Part shown: positions 61,566 through 64,000 of the stretch, piece by piece
Layout: each line of letters begins with the position of its first letter
How positions within the stretch are numbered: position 1 is the first letter of the stretch
Assembly (NCBI RefSeq): GCF_009914755.1
Contig: NC_060939.1
Length of the DNA stretch: 64,000 bases
From: the human T2T-CHM13v2.0 reference genome, Homo sapiens
Direction: 5' to 3' (one strand)
The notes under the pieces: model-generated
The model's input: only the letters and a program-made list of their open reading frames with translations
Databases searched by the model: none
Told to the model about the DNA's origin: nothing
Program-made: the position numbers and the translations under genes

Positions 61566-64000
61566 TGATACTGAGTTTTCACTGAGGATTTCATAAGGGA
61601 CATAGGATAGATTTTTTTTTTATAATACCTAACAGACAGCATTTTACTTTTAAATAAATCACCCCTCCAATGTGTCTCTTCTTTACCAATTTATTCTCTT
61701 ACCTGTTGCTGGGTCTCTCACGTGTCTGGGAACCTTCTCCCACTAGCCAGCCTCCAGCCTCTTCCATCCTTCAGAAACTTATTTCCACTGTGCTTCTCAT
61801 TACTTTCACAGACCCAACATTTCAGCTCTGAGGAAAATAAGTCATTACACAAAGGTTGGCTTTCAGCTCAAAACAAAACAAAGGATTCCCACACTATCCA
61901 ATTCCATTCTCCTTAAAAAATGGCAGGGCAAAATCTAATTTTTCTCTACTACAAATTTATTTATTTGTTGGCACATATTTTTCTATCTAAGAAGTATTCC
62001 TTCATATATGCTCAATTGATTGAAAAATGAATTCTGTGTACAAGTCTTCCACTGTTAGTGAAATTTCTTTTAAAAAGCCCCAAGTTTTCCAAAGTGGAAT
62101 TGTCTCAAGGATGGGCTTTAATTATGCCAGGGCCCTTGTGAGGTCTAGTCCTGATTACTATGCAAAAAGTGTGTCTTAAATAAGTGAATCACATTTGGCA
62201 CCACCAAGCTAATCATAGTATAGGCTTTCACTTCCCTTTATCCTGGGAAACGTGACCTGATCTCAAAGAAAAGTTCTAGGTATGTTTTAAGTAATAACTA
62301 CATTATTGCAATGAGTGTGGAGCCTCAGGTAAAAGTCTTGGCACACACACGCAAATTTAGATATACAGATTCTTTGTGTTTCTTAATAATACAATCAGTC
62401 CTTCTAAATTATGGTCAAGTTGCATACATTGCACATTCCCTATGAGCAGTGAAATTAAAGAAGAGGTGAAATACATGGTCATTTGCTGTTAGGAATTTAT
62501 AACAGAGCAGAATAAAGAGTATAAAAGCATGCATAATTACTCCAAGGAACAGAAAAAAAAAATCATAAAAAAATTCACAACCAATTAGAGGTCTGCATAC
62601 ATGCTAATTGCCGCCTGCTAGGGGTGTCCCATCAAGAATGGCAGGCTTGTCCCTGTGAATAGGAGAAGTGTGAATGAGTGAGCATGTTGGTTCTGAAGTA
62701 AAAAAAAATTCTTATGTCACAGGTTCAAATTCTCCAGGCTTATGAATATGACACATTAATATTCATTAAGTGGAACACATTATCATTTTAGAAGGAGATT
62801 ACTGGGGACTCACTATTTTCATTCCATCACATTTTCCAATTAGGAGTCCCACTTTTGCAAATAATCAGCTTTCTGTTGCCAAGGGCTTTTCAGTTGCTTT
62901 CTGGCAAGGGGGTTTGGAGCTAAGTTCAACATTCATTTAAGAAACAGGAAAAACCTGAAGTACAATTATCTTTTTTAATGACAGGTTAATCTTGCTGTAG
63001 TGAACCTGATCAGAGAAGAGCCAAACTCTAAAGGGAGGAAGCACAGAGTCCTTCTGGGGGAGGGGAACTCAGACAATAAAGTTTGAGAAAGAGTTCACAG
63101 TTTTCTTGGTTGCCTGCAATCATTGAGAAATAAATGCACTCTGCAAAAGATCTTGAAACTGAGCAAGGAGAAGTGCCCACATAAGGGGAAACTCCAGTGA
63201 TGTGGAAGTGAGCACAAGGGCAAGGTAATATCCATCCCTGAAGGCTACCAACAGGGCAGAGAAGGAAATAATCAAAACATATCGGCATTTCCTCTAGGTT
63301 AACAATTTAGTTCTAAAGTCAGACACCTTTGCTAAGGTTTATAATATCATTAATGACTTAACCAGAAAAAACAGTAGACAAAGACTGGTTTGATTTTGAA
63401 AACTATCAGATAAGTTTGATAAATTCAAGTTCAATCACCATTAATCTCTAATCAAAGCAGAATTTCTAAATGAAGTCACTTAATGTTTATTTAAATTATA
63501 TATTCATGATTTATTAAGAGATTGCTAAGATTCTTATTTGAATGAAAATAAAAAAACTCACTTGTTCTGCCCTTTTATATTTATGAAGAATTGCATATAC
63601 CTGGCAAAACAAAACATATGCTAAAAAAAAAGATATAAGGAAAGATGAGTTTCTCTTCATAATAGCCCACCAGTTCTTTATTCTCCTTCCCAGAAGTAGC
63701 TACTTCACTAGTTTCTTGGCTCTTTTTTCAGAAATCGTCTATGCTGAGATGTTCTTGTTTCTGCCTCCATACTTAGAAGCATGCTCTATGCACGCCACTT
63801 TTGCAATTTTACTAAAAATCTATTCTGGATACAACTTTATATGAACACCTGTAATTTAACTCACTGCAGAGGAAACAAACTTCACAAAAATAATACAGTC
63901 AGTCACTAAACAAATAACTAAATAACAATAACAAGCCCCAAAGGGGATTGGGAGCAAGGACCTGAAGTTTCTATATTATCCAAAATGTCCATTTTTTTTG

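Overview
This is AT-rich, repeat-dense primate (very likely human or ape) intergenic or intronic DNA. I cannot identify any cellular protein-coding exon, RNA gene or CRISPR array. Nearly all ORFs in the track are LINE-1 remnants, Alu/LTR read-throughs or chance ORFs. The first 12.6 kb is a stack of nested LINE-1s: two 5'-truncated L1s lying head-to-head, then a full-length but dead L1PA4-like element (5822-11980, with target-site duplication) inside an old L1MB. Positions 23.4-31 kb hold a decayed ancient L1M split by an L1PA3 3' end, a Tigger element and MER58A. The remainder contains Alus, MaLR/ERV1/ERVL solo LTRs, L2/MIR fragments and microsatellites. I found no convincing novel biological system. 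The most interesting observations are four. (1) An L1 ORF0 stays open for 210 codons and runs out of the element into flanking DNA. (2) A near-perfect 23-bp-stem, pre-miRNA-sized hairpin lies at 23231-23296. (3) At the head-to-head L1 junction, both elements begin at the same L1 coordinate. (4) An unexplained inverted homology links 16.8 kb and 32.9 kb. Repeat subfamily names come from recalled consensus sequences and need RepeatMasker/Dfam confirmation; boundaries of old repeats are approximate.
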